Made by a program: the position numbers and the translations under genes. The notes under the pieces are model-generated. The model did no database searches. It worked only from the letters and a program-made list of their open reading frames with translations, and had not been told where the DNA came from. A stretch of DNA of 64,000 bases, from IMG/VR virus record IMGVR_UViG_2728369500_000003, positions 9,917 to 73,916 of that record; one strand, given 5' to 3'. Of the stretch, positions 46,484 to 55,621 are shown piece after piece. This DNA comes from a virus (lineage: Duplodnaviria > Caudoviricetes). Each line of letters starts with the position of its first letter. Positions within the stretch are counted from its first letter, which is position 1.

Positions 46484-46515
46484 GTCTATAACAAGAGTTT
46501 TGCATAATGGCGGTG
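46484..46515 (+). repeat. Truncated attC-like half site
   Basis: GTCTATAAC-aagag-TTTTGCATAATGGCGG, 14/16 identical to the arms at 44223-44238 and in the 8264-8393 repeat; cut by the phage promoter motif at 46516. Confidence 0.5.
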
Positions 46516-46518
46516 TGT

Positions 46519-46562
46519 CAAATATTTAGCAAATATAATTTGAATACGAATTCTTTGTTTTG
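46519..46562 (+). promoter_or_regulatory. Putative late promoter (copy B capsid)
   Basis: CAAATATTTAGCAA plus TTGTTTTG at +36. Confidence 0.6.
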
Positions 46563-46566
46563 TATC

Positions 46567-48486
46567 ATGAAAAAGGCAAAAGTTTCCTTATCCTACGTCA
46601 GGGCTTCAATACCCGAGAACAGCTTCAATGAAAAGAACAACACCATTGAGGTGGTTTTCGCTACAGAAACTCCAGTAAAAAGGTATGACTGGAATGAAGG
46701 ATGCTATTTCAATGAAGTTCTCGAGATTTCCAAAGATGCCATCAATTTTGAAAGACTCAATAGAGGACTTTCTGTTTTGGACTCCCATCAATCCTATGGA
46801 CTGGAAAATATTCTGGGCGTGGTAGAGTCTGCCTGGATCGATGAAAACACCAAAGAAGCCAAAGCCATTATCAGACTTTCCAGCACGGAAAAAGATGCAG
46901 ATATCATTTCTAAAATCAAACAGGGCATCATCCGTCATATGAGCGTTGGCTACAAGATAGACCAGTACACCGTTTCAAAAAATGGCAAAGAAATTCCAGA
47001 GTATAGAGCCACCCAATGGACACCCAACGAATTATCACTGGTACCCGTTCCGGCAGACTTTAATTCCGGAATACGATCTCAGCAAAAAGAAGAACATTTT
47101 AATTTAATTGATATAATGGACCAAGATAATATCACAGCGGATGAAGTCCCAACACCGCCAAAAGTTCAGGCAACACCCACTCCTGAACCCAAAGTAAATG
47201 AATCAGAGGTAAGAGCAGAGGCTGTTGCCCAGGAAAGACAAAGAGCAATGGATATTTCAGAGGTCTGCCAGCGGGCAGGCTTAGAAACAGCCTTCACAGA
47301 TTCACTCATAAAAAACGGCACCTCGCTGCATGATGCCAGGGCATTAATCATCGATGAAGTAGCCAAAAGAGCCAATCCGGCGCCCGTAGCAGCTCCCCCG
47401 CCAGCAGAAGTGGCGCAAGATGAAGCCCAGAAAAAAAGAAACTCAATGGTAGAAGGAATTGTGGCAAGAGCTATTCCCGGATCTATAGACCTTAAAGGAA
47501 ACGAAAAAGCGCTACAGTTCAGAAACATGAGACTTCTCGATGTAGCCAAAGACAGATTAACAGCAGCGGGTGAAAACTTCTCGATGTTAAGTGAACAGGA
47601 AATGGTAAAAAGAGCATGGGCTACCACAGACTTCCCCACCCTCTTATCCCTGGCCTTTGACAGATCCCTCAGAAGGTTCTATGAAGGCTACGCCGATGAG
47701 TGGAGATTCATCGCAAGGCAGGAAAACGCTACCGATTTCAGAGAAAAAACAGGAATCAAAGTCGATGGTGCTGTGTCTTTTGATGAAATTCCCGAAGGAG
47801 GAGAATACAAAGAAAGCAATATCCTTCAGGCGGAAGATGCCAAAATAAAACTTAAAAAATTCGGAAGAAAATACAGCATCAGCGATATTGCCATTATCAA
47901 TGATGATTTGAGTGTCTTCAGCAGACTGCCACAAATTATGGCACTGGGAGCCCAGCAATTCCAAAGTGATTTAGTTTGGTCCAATATCACCGATAACAAA
48001 AATGCGCCGGACGGAAAGGCTTTATTTCATGCTGACCATAAAAATTACGATGCCACAGGAGCCCCTCTCACCACCGATGCATTAAGCATTGCAAGAACCG
48101 CTATGAGAAGGCAGAAATCCCCCGCAGGATTAAAATTAGGAATTAAACCCCAGTATCTGTTAGTACCCCCGGAATTACAAACCACCGCAGAAAGACTCGT
48201 ATCAGCAGTACTGGCTACCGAAACCGGAAATGTTAACGTTTTCGCAGGGCAGCTCAAGGTCATGGTAAGCGATCAGCTCGAAGATCCCAAAGCATGGTAC
48301 CTCCTGGCAGATCCTTCAGCCATTTCAGCAGACGGCATCGTGTACGCTTACCTCAATGGTCAGGGAGGACTTAAAACAGAATCAAGAGTCAACTGGGATA
48401 CCGATGCCCTGGAAGTAAAAGGATCCATGGCTTTTGCCACCGCCGTATGGGGATGGGAAGGATGGTATAAAAACAAAGGAAAATAA
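46567..48486 (+). CDS. Prohead protease-major capsid fusion (copy B)
   Basis: Near-identical to 440-2359. Confidence 0.85.
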   Translation: MKKAKVSLSYVRASIPENSFNEKNNTIEVVFATETPVKRYDWNEGCYFNEVLEISKDAINFERLNRGLSVLDSHQSYGLENILGVVESAWIDENTKEAKAIIRLSSTEKDADIISKIKQGIIRHMSVGYKIDQYTVSKNGKEIPEYRATQWTPNELSLVPVPADFNSGIRSQQKEEHFNLIDIMDQDNITADEVPTPPKVQATPTPEPKVNESEVRAEAVAQERQRAMDISEVCQRAGLETAFTDSLIKNGTSLHDARALIIDEVAKRANPAPVAAPPPAEVAQDEAQKKRNSMVEGIVARAIPGSIDLKGNEKALQFRNMRLLDVAKDRLTAAGENFSMLSEQEMVKRAWATTDFPTLLSLAFDRSLRRFYEGYADEWRFIARQENATDFREKTGIKVDGAVSFDEIPEGGEYKESNILQAEDAKIKLKKFGRKYSISDIAIINDDLSVFSRLPQIMALGAQQFQSDLVWSNITDNKNAPDGKALFHADHKNYDATGAPLTTDALSIARTAMRRQKSPAGLKLGIKPQYLLVPPELQTTAERLVSAVLATETGNVNVFAGQLKVMVSDQLEDPKAWYLLADPSAISADGIVYAYLNGQGGLKTESRVNWDTDALEVKGSMAFATAVWGWEGWYKNKGK

Positions 48487-48513
48487 TTTTTTTTCTAAAA
48501 ATTACAATTAAAC

Positions 48514-48834
48514 ATGAAAAATTATATCGAAAAAGGAGAGTTTCTCCACACTGTTTTAGAAGATACTGTAAAAGGAGGAGATCTGGTGATCAAAGAAGAC
48601 ACCATAGGGGTAGCCGTTTCAGATGGGAACGGAATAGATCTATGCGCTATAGCCGTTGAGGGAGTCTTTGAACTTCCTAAAGCTACAGGGGTCGCTTTGA
48701 GTCAGGGGAAAAAAGCATACTTCATTTCTGCTGACAAAACCGTTACCGGCGTGGCTTCAGGCAATACACTCATCGGCTACGTTTGGGAAACTGCTGATGC
48801 CACTAACCCTGTAGTAAGAGTGAAAATTGGATAA
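48514..48834 (+). CDS. DUF2190-type capsid cement protein (B)
   Basis: Homolog of 2387-2707. Confidence 0.75.
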   Translation: MKNYIEKGEFLHTVLEDTVKGGDLVIKEDTIGVAVSDGNGIDLCAIAVEGVFELPKATGVALSQGKKAYFISADKTVTGVASGNTLIGYVWETADATNPVVRVKIG

Positions 48835-49162
48835 TGTATTCGACTCCTTCAAGGCTCAGACATTCGATGTTATCGCAACAACGATGGGATATGATGCCCA
48901 GTGCAGAGGAATCACAGCAAGAGTACTTTTCAACCATCCCAGTGAAAATGAAAAGCTCTCCGAACATAATTATGATTATGACCGTCCTACTTTAGAATTT
49001 AAAGTAAATGACTGGGAAGGAATCCGGGAAGCTATTGAACGAAAAGAAGATGTTCTGATCACCCTCAGAGAAAAAGAGTATTACGCTATGAAAATCATAG
49101 GCGATGATCGTATAGCCCAAGATGGAGACACCTATAAAGTACTACTAGAAGAAGCATCATGA
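48827..49162 (+). CDS. Head-tail adaptor (B)
   Basis: Homolog of 2700-3032. Confidence 0.55.
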   Translation: MDNVFDSFKAQTFDVIATTMGYDAQCRGITARVLFNHPSENEKLSEHNYDYDRPTLEFKVNDWEGIREAIERKEDVLITLREKEYYAMKIIGDDRIAQDGDTYKVLLEEAS

Positions 49163-49617
49163 ATTACCAGGCAGTAGAATCAGAACTCGCACATCAGCTG
49201 GAAGCAAATACAGATTTATCTGCAATAGCAGATATTACAGTACTTCCGGAAGATATTGCACAATACAAAATACCGGTTGTGAATGGTTTAGTGACCGTTG
49301 TTTTTATGAGTGAAATCTTTGATAAAAATCAAAGTATCGGCCCAATATCACAACACAGCACCGCGACCTTTACTATCAGCATTCAATCCAGAAGATTAAG
49401 AGGTCCAAAAGGAGTTTACAGCATTTCAGAACTCATCAAGCAGTCCTTGATGGGGTTTACCCCTACAGATTGCGGAGCGGTTTCTTTAGGGGATTTTGCT
49501 TATGTAAACTACCAGAATGATGTCTGGGAATATTCCCTGTCAGTAGCATGCAGATCACTCAGAACACAAATCCTCCCCCACTCTGTTGATCCTCCGCTAA
49601 CGGATCAACCGGTATAG
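49159..49617 (+). CDS. Tail completion protein (B), 5 aa shorter
   Basis: Homolog of 3032-3505; TAT changed to TAG near the end. Confidence 0.55.
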   Translation: MNYQAVESELAHQLEANTDLSAIADITVLPEDIAQYKIPVVNGLVTVVFMSEIFDKNQSIGPISQHSTATFTISIQSRRLRGPKGVYSISELIKQSLMGFTPTDCGAVSLGDFAYVNYQNDVWEYSLSVACRSLRTQILPHSVDPPLTDQPV

Positions 49618-49638
49618 GATCAACCCGAATAATGACAT

Positions 49639-49800
49639 ATGAAAAAGTACATCTATAAAGGTCTTGTTAAAACGACACTTGGCGGCTATATTGTTGTTCC
49701 AGGCTCAGTCATTGAGCTCTCAGAAAAAGACGAAAGAGTAAAAAGTCTCCTGGCACAGGGACTTTTAGAATTAGTAGAAACCAAAAAACAAACAAAATAA
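49639..49800 (+). CDS. Small conserved 53-aa protein (B)
   Basis: Homolog of 3512-3673. Confidence 0.7.
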   Translation: MKKYIYKGLVKTTLGGYIVVPGSVIELSEKDERVKSLLAQGLLELVETKKQTK

Positions 49801-49801
49801 T

Positions 49802-51217
49802 ATGGCAGCAAATTATCTTCACGGGGTAGAAACACTCGAAATGAAACAGGGCACCAGGACCATACAGGTGGTCAAATCGGCCGTAATAGGTCTGGTGGGT
49901 ACTGCCCCGTCGGGTGAAAAAAACACCCCTATTCTGGTGAATTCAGAGAAAGATGCAGCGCAATTTGGAAGTACAATATCCGGATTTTCTATTCCCGGAG
50001 CTTTAGAGGCTATTTTCAATCAGGGAGCCGGAACAGTCATCGTGGTCAATGTTTTTGATCAGACCAGACATACCACACCGGTAACCGATGAGTCGTTGAA
50101 AGTAGAAGACAGAGCCCTTAAATTAACCTACCCTCCCCTGGATACGGTCATCATAAAAGATGCTGACGGAAACCCCGCAGACTATGTGCAGGATATTGAT
50201 TACAGCATCGATCCTTTTGGAAACTTCAAGGCATTGACTCCCCGTATTGCAGATGGAATATTTATCAAATTTTCCTACAAAAGACTCGATGAAACTAAAA
50301 TTACGGCCGGCGATATCATCGGGGAGATCAACCCCGCAACCGACCAGAGAACCGGACTCAAATGCCTGGAACTTGCTTACAATCTTTTCGGGTTTTCTCC
50401 AAAAATTATCATTACCCCTACCTTTTCCGATGACAAGACCGTGGCAGCAGAGCTTATTTCCACCGCTGAAAAACTACGGGCCATATGCTATTTGGATGCT
50501 CCCTATGCCACGACCGTGCAACAAGCCATTGAAGGTAGAGGACCAGAAGGAACCATTAACTTTAACACCTCCAGTAGTAGAGCACAGCTCCTGTATCCCA
50601 TGCTCAAAACCTATAACACACAAGCCAATTTAGAGGAATTATTTCCTTATTCAGCCTTCCTGGCAGGGGTGAGAGCTAAAGTGGATCATCAAGAAGGCTA
50701 TTGGGTGTCGGATTCCAACCATGAAATTAAAGGAATTACAGGAATTGAAAGAGAGATCAGTGCCGGTATCTCTAATAGCAGCAGCGATGCTAATCTTTTG
50801 AATGAAAAAGGAATTACTACCGTATTTAATTCCTATGGCACCGGGTACAGAACATGGGGAAACAGAAGCGCAGCATTTCCTACAGGTACAAGTCCTGATA
50901 ACTTTATCGCCGTAAGGAGAACAGCAGATGTGATTAATGAAAGTATTGAACAGGCATGCCTGCAATTTGTAGACCAGCCCATCACTCAGGGATGGATTGA
51001 CACCGTCAGGGAAACCGTGAACGCCTTCTTAAGAACTCTCCAGGGGCGCGGAGCCATCATAGACGGGGTATGTAAATATTTGCAAGAAGATAATCCCCCA
51101 ACACAGCTGGCACAGGGACATGTAACATTCTATGTCGACTTTATGCCGCCAACACCCGCAGAGAGGATTTCCTTTACTTCACTGATCAACATTAATTATC
51201 TAAGCTCTTTAAAATAA
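49802..51217 (+). CDS. Tail sheath (B)
   Basis: Homolog of 3675-5090. Confidence 0.92.
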   Translation: MAANYLHGVETLEMKQGTRTIQVVKSAVIGLVGTAPSGEKNTPILVNSEKDAAQFGSTISGFSIPGALEAIFNQGAGTVIVVNVFDQTRHTTPVTDESLKVEDRALKLTYPPLDTVIIKDADGNPADYVQDIDYSIDPFGNFKALTPRIADGIFIKFSYKRLDETKITAGDIIGEINPATDQRTGLKCLELAYNLFGFSPKIIITPTFSDDKTVAAELISTAEKLRAICYLDAPYATTVQQAIEGRGPEGTINFNTSSSRAQLLYPMLKTYNTQANLEELFPYSAFLAGVRAKVDHQEGYWVSDSNHEIKGITGIEREISAGISNSSSDANLLNEKGITTVFNSYGTGYRTWGNRSAAFPTGTSPDNFIAVRRTADVINESIEQACLQFVDQPITQGWIDTVRETVNAFLRTLQGRGAIIDGVCKYLQEDNPPTQLAQGHVTFYVDFMPPTPAERISFTSLININYLSSLK

Positions 51218-51223
51218 TATAAA

Positions 51224-51748
51224 ATGGCTCAAAAAATCAAAATCGGAAGACTCACCAACGCCAATATATATGTGGATGGAGGGAGCCTTTTGGGGCGTGT
51301 TGAAGAATTTCAATGCCCCACCCTTACTTTCAAGCAGTCTGAACATAAAGCCTTAGGAATGAATGGTACCATAGAATACTATTCCGGCATCGACAAAATG
51401 GAAGGTTCCATGAAATGGACCTCTTATTATCCTGAATTTTTAAAGAAAATGGCCAATCCATTTAAGGCCGTAAGAATTCAGGTAAGGGGAAGTTTGGAAG
51501 AATACCAGGGCGGAGAAAGAATAGCACAGACTCCTGCCGTTGTTTTCCTTACCATTCAACCAAAGAATTTTCCCCTCGGAAATTTCCAGCAGCATGATAA
51601 TGTCGAACTTTCCACAAATTATGGATGTACCTATGTCAGACTGGAAATTGGAGGAGAAGTCATTACGGAAGTAGATGTAGAAGCCAATATCTTTAAAGTC
51701 GATGGAGAAGATCTGTTAGCCGCTTACAGACAAAATCTGGGGATTTAA
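51224..51748 (+). CDS. Tail tube (B)
   Basis: Identical protein to 5097-5621. Confidence 0.9.
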   Translation: MAQKIKIGRLTNANIYVDGGSLLGRVEEFQCPTLTFKQSEHKALGMNGTIEYYSGIDKMEGSMKWTSYYPEFLKKMANPFKAVRIQVRGSLEEYQGGERIAQTPAVVFLTIQPKNFPLGNFQQHDNVELSTNYGCTYVRLEIGGEVITEVDVEANIFKVDGEDLLAAYRQNLGI

Positions 51749-51819
51749 TCCCTTTTATTGTCAATATCTGTTTTAGCGTTTTTTATCCTTTTATAACATT
51801 GGTTTAAGGAAAAGCTTGT

Positions 51820-51863
51820 CAAATATTTGGCAAGTTTTTTTTCTGCTTTCTTTCCTAGTTTTG
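51820..51863 (+). promoter_or_regulatory. Putative late promoter (B chaperone)
   Basis: CAAATATTTGGCAA plus TAGTTTTG at 51856. Confidence 0.65.
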
Positions 51864-51881
51864 AGCTTTAAACAAAGTATT

Positions 51882-52232
51882 ATGAATAAAGAAATTTTCC
51901 CAACAGAGCCCAGCGAGGATGGCTTTTTCTACCAAAGTGAAGAGGAGAAAAACAGCGGCATATTAACCCGGAAATACGACAACGGAAGTGAAGTAAAACA
52001 CCTTGAACTCAAGGATGGCCGAAAAGCTTCGGTGAGAAAGCTCAAAGGCCGGGATTTTGTCGAAACCAAGAAAAGAATGCAAAACGATCCTGCCGGTGAT
52101 TTTGAAACCATCAATATGAGTGTTGCTACCACCATAGAGGGGAAACAGCAGCCCCCGGAATTTTATCTCGATGATCTCTTCCAGGATGATTATGCAAAAC
52201 TCATGATCGCGTTTTCTTCATTAAATTTTTAA
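51882..52232 (+). CDS. Tail assembly chaperone (B)
   Basis: Homolog of 9373-9723. Confidence 0.7.
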   Translation: MNKEIFPTEPSEDGFFYQSEEEKNSGILTRKYDNGSEVKHLELKDGRKASVRKLKGRDFVETKKRMQNDPAGDFETINMSVATTIEGKQQPPEFYLDDLFQDDYAKLMIAFSSLNF

Positions 52233-52375
52233 TAGGGCTCAGGGAAATAGCCTTTACAGCGCACTTCTATGGCATATCACCATTAGAGGTAGAACAGTGG
52301 TACAGCCGGGAGATATACCTTTATTATAGAGAAGCGGTAGCCATTCATAATACCTTAAACTCTATCGAAGAATGA
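52226..52375 (+). CDS. -1 frameshift extension of the chaperone (B)
   Basis: Same T run and open frame; the CGT/CGG difference from A (9798/52307) is synonymous in this frame. Confidence 0.7.
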   Translation, partial: FLIGLREIAFTAHFYGISPLEVEQWYSREIYLYYREAVAIHNTLNSIEE

Positions 52376-54552
52376 ATCATGCAGCAACCGCCGTAACCCT
52401 TTTACTCAGAGCCGATATTTCAGGCGCAGAGTCCGCCATCAGACAACTTGACAGATCTTTCTCCGGCACATTAAGCAGAATCAATGCACAGGGACAATCC
52501 TTGATCAATAAGGGGAAGAAAATGCAGGAGGCAGGCCTTTCCAACATGGCCGGAGGTGCTGCCATGCTCGCTCCATTAGGTTTAGCCGTAAAACAGTCCA
52601 TAGAATTAGAATCAAAAATTGCCGATGTGGCCAAGGTAACCAATGATGATTTTGGAAGTAAAGGGTTTGCTGAATTAACCCATAATGCCATCGCTGTTTC
52701 TAATCTATACGGAGGGGCTGCTACCAGTGTAGCAGAACTCATGGCCGAATTGGCAGCAGGAGGCGTGGCCAAAAAAGAAATTGATGGAGTGGCCAGGTCT
52801 GCCAGTAAGATTTCTTTCGCCTTTGACATGGCAGCAGGTGAGGCCGCCAAAGGCTATATGGTCATTAAAAATGCCATGGGCATTACCCTAAAAGAAACCG
52901 ATGCCGTAATGGATGCCATGAACGCCGCCACCAACAAATTTGGAGGTAAAGCTTCCAATTTAGTGACTTTTATGGCCAAGGGCGGAGCCTCTGTAGCCAG
53001 TACATTAAAAGTTTCAGGAACTCATATGCAGGCCTTCGGGAATGCCCTGCAGGTTGTAGGACAAAGCGGTGAAGAGTCCGCAACCATTATGAAAAGATTC
53101 CAAAAAGCCATCATGGGAAATAAGGAGCTAAGCGCTATGTTTAATAAAGCAGGCGGCGGAGCTAAAGGACTCATCGCTATTTTGGAAAAAGCCAAAGCCA
53201 GCGGAAATGCCTTTAGCTGGCTCAATAAAAGAGATGTCGGTGAATACAGTAACGCTGTAGCTCAATTAGCAGCCAATATGGATACAGCAACCGGAGTCAG
53301 AAATCAGCTCAACTTTCTCTCTAAAAATTCCAATGTGACAGGCAGTGTTCAAAAAGAAGCCCAGAACCGCTTAAAAACAACAGGTGCACAACTGGAAATC
53401 CTAAAGCAGCAAACCATCAATGCCGGTATTAAAATAGGAGGCGCTTTATTACCCTCCCTAATGAAGCTGGCTCAGGCTGCAAAACCATTCATAGACAACC
53501 TTTCTAAATGGATAACAGAAAATCCTAAATTAGTAGAGGGTATTGTAAAAACCATTGCAGCCATTGCCGCTCTAAAGATAGGAGTCGGCGCCTTACAATT
53601 TGGACTTGGCAGTACGATCACCACGATAGGAAAATTTATCACTGGCGGAAGTAAGGCCCTAGGTGCCATTTCTAAGTTTTCCTCAACAATAGGACCGCAC
53701 ATCGGTAAAACTTTCACCGTAGTGGGCAGAGTTTTTACCGCCATAGGACCCGCCGCTATCAAAGCAGCTATGGGTCTGGGAAAAGCATTCAGGGTTATTG
53801 GGATCGCTTTTTCAGCAGTATCAAAATTACTCATCGCAAATCCCTGGATACTTGCCATTACAGCCATTGCAGCAGGTGCATACCTTATTTATAAAAACTG
53901 GGATAAGATCTCCACCTGGTTTTCTAAATTATGGACCAGGGTAACCGCTATTTTCCGATCCTATATTAAACTCATAACAGCCCTGCTCATAAAATTTACG
54001 CCTGCCGGACTGATCTATAAACATTGGGATAAGATAAAAGCATGGTTCTCCTCACTCTGGGGCACTCTAAAAGAACTCTTTAATAAAGGACTGGAAGGCA
54101 TTAAATTTTTATTTTTGAATTTCACCCCGCAGGGGCTGATCTACAAACACTGGTCTCCCATTACTGCTTTTTTCCAGAAGTTATGGGACAAGGTCAAAGA
54201 GATATTCGCTAAAGCGATCAGTTGGATAAAAAATTCTGCAATAGGACAATTAATCAGTAAGATGTTAAGTGGCCTGCAAGGAGCCGTGAGCAGTACCCGT
54301 TCCGCTCTTGATTACGCCTCAAAAAATTCTCTGGACGCAACAATTAATCATGTGGGAGGCGCCAAAGGGCTCCCTCAACCCAAATCGTATGCCCGAAATC
54401 TAAACAGCAGCATGAGCTTCGCACCGGTGATTAATATAAGCGGCAGTATGGATCAGATCACCCAACAAAAACTGACCGCTCAGATGCGTAGAGATTTTGA
54501 AAAGCAAATGGCAGACTACAGTCACGGACAAAAAAGAAAAGGATTCGCATGA
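52372..54552 (+). CDS. Tape measure protein (B)
   Basis: 726 aa, homolog of 9863-12043. Confidence 0.92.
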   Translation: MNHAATAVTLLLRADISGAESAIRQLDRSFSGTLSRINAQGQSLINKGKKMQEAGLSNMAGGAAMLAPLGLAVKQSIELESKIADVAKVTNDDFGSKGFAELTHNAIAVSNLYGGAATSVAELMAELAAGGVAKKEIDGVARSASKISFAFDMAAGEAAKGYMVIKNAMGITLKETDAVMDAMNAATNKFGGKASNLVTFMAKGGASVASTLKVSGTHMQAFGNALQVVGQSGEESATIMKRFQKAIMGNKELSAMFNKAGGGAKGLIAILEKAKASGNAFSWLNKRDVGEYSNAVAQLAANMDTATGVRNQLNFLSKNSNVTGSVQKEAQNRLKTTGAQLEILKQQTINAGIKIGGALLPSLMKLAQAAKPFIDNLSKWITENPKLVEGIVKTIAAIAALKIGVGALQFGLGSTITTIGKFITGGSKALGAISKFSSTIGPHIGKTFTVVGRVFTAIGPAAIKAAMGLGKAFRVIGIAFSAVSKLLIANPWILAITAIAAGAYLIYKNWDKISTWFSKLWTRVTAIFRSYIKLITALLIKFTPAGLIYKHWDKIKAWFSSLWGTLKELFNKGLEGIKFLFLNFTPQGLIYKHWSPITAFFQKLWDKVKEIFAKAISWIKNSAIGQLISKMLSGLQGAVSSTRSALDYASKNSLDATINHVGGAKGLPQPKSYARNLNSSMSFAPVINISGSMDQITQQKLTAQMRRDFEKQMADYSHGQKRKGFA

Positions 54553-55400
54553 TATTTCAATTAGGCAATAAAGAATTTTCAGGACTTTACGCCCCGGAAG
54601 CATGGTCTTATTCCGGAAACGAGGCCGTGCTCTCCCAGTATGATTTGATAGGCTCCAAGCCAAGGCTACAATTGGGGAGTGAAACCCTGGAAGAATTATC
54701 CCTACAGCTCACTTTAAGAGCTGATTTCTGTAATATCAATCAGGAATTACAGGATTTTGAAACCTGGAAAAGCACAGGAGAAATATTACCGCTGATATTA
54801 GGCAATGGGGAGTATATCAACGATTTTGTACTCAAATCCGCAGCGAAGACCATCTCGCAGACTTTCAGCGATGGCTCCCCTGTTGAGATTCAGGTTTCCC
54901 TGTCTCTTTTGGAAGTCGCTAATGATCCTGATAAGAAAAAAATCAATGCAAGGAAAAATGCACGCGCTGTTGGAGATAAACAGCAGATCAATACACTTCC
55001 TCCACAACCCAAAACCTCAGAAGCACAGGCCCATAAAGCACTCATGGATGCCCAGTTAAAAGCATGGCAGGCCGCTGAAACAGCCAATCAAACCCTCCAG
55101 ATGGACAATCCCGCTTCTTTATTTGACAAAGTTAAAAACACTCTCGATCAGGCGCAGAATAACATGACCAAAGCAATCGATGCTATTTCCCAAACCCGGC
55201 AGCAGATCCATAATGCCGCCGGTATTATTTCAGCCCTTAAAGAGTCTATGGCTCAGCTCACAGAGGTTAAAAGTTTAATGAAAGAGCCTTTTAAACCAGA
55301 AGAGGTAAAAGTTTCTGTTTTGAATGTAAAGAACGGAATCAGAGCAGTGAATATCGCTTCTGCTGTATTCACTAATGATATTATTCTAAGAAAAATATAA
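54549..55400 (+). CDS. GpU-like tail protein (B)
   Basis: Homolog of 12040-12891, diverged C-terminus. Confidence 0.65.
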   Translation: MIFQLGNKEFSGLYAPEAWSYSGNEAVLSQYDLIGSKPRLQLGSETLEELSLQLTLRADFCNINQELQDFETWKSTGEILPLILGNGEYINDFVLKSAAKTISQTFSDGSPVEIQVSLSLLEVANDPDKKKINARKNARAVGDKQQINTLPPQPKTSEAQAHKALMDAQLKAWQAAETANQTLQMDNPASLFDKVKNTLDQAQNNMTKAIDAISQTRQQIHNAAGIISALKESMAQLTEVKSLMKEPFKPEEVKVSVLNVKNGIRAVNIASAVFTNDIILRKI

Positions 55401-55621
55401 TGGCTGATACCATTCAATATATTACGCAAGATGGAGAGAGATGGGATTCCATTTCCTGGAAAATGTATGGAACCGTGAGAGAAATTCCACGATTAATTTC
55501 TGCTAATCCCCAGGTGCCCATTTCCGAAAGACTAAAAGCAGGTACAGTGCTGGTGGTTCCGGTGCTGGAAAGTTACAACCTCAAAACCGATAAAGACCAA
55601 TTACCGCCATGGAAACAATAG
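55400..55621 (+). CDS. Tail protein X (B), intact ATG
   Basis: YITQDGERWDSI LysM-like gpX motif. Confidence 0.85.
   Translation: MADTIQYITQDGERWDSISWKMYGTVREIPRLISANPQVPISERLKAGTVLVVPVLESYNLKTDKDQLPPWKQ

Noticed and set aside
49615-49617. Premature TAG in the B tail completion gene as a pseudogene
   Set aside because: Removes only the last five residues of a low-complexity tail
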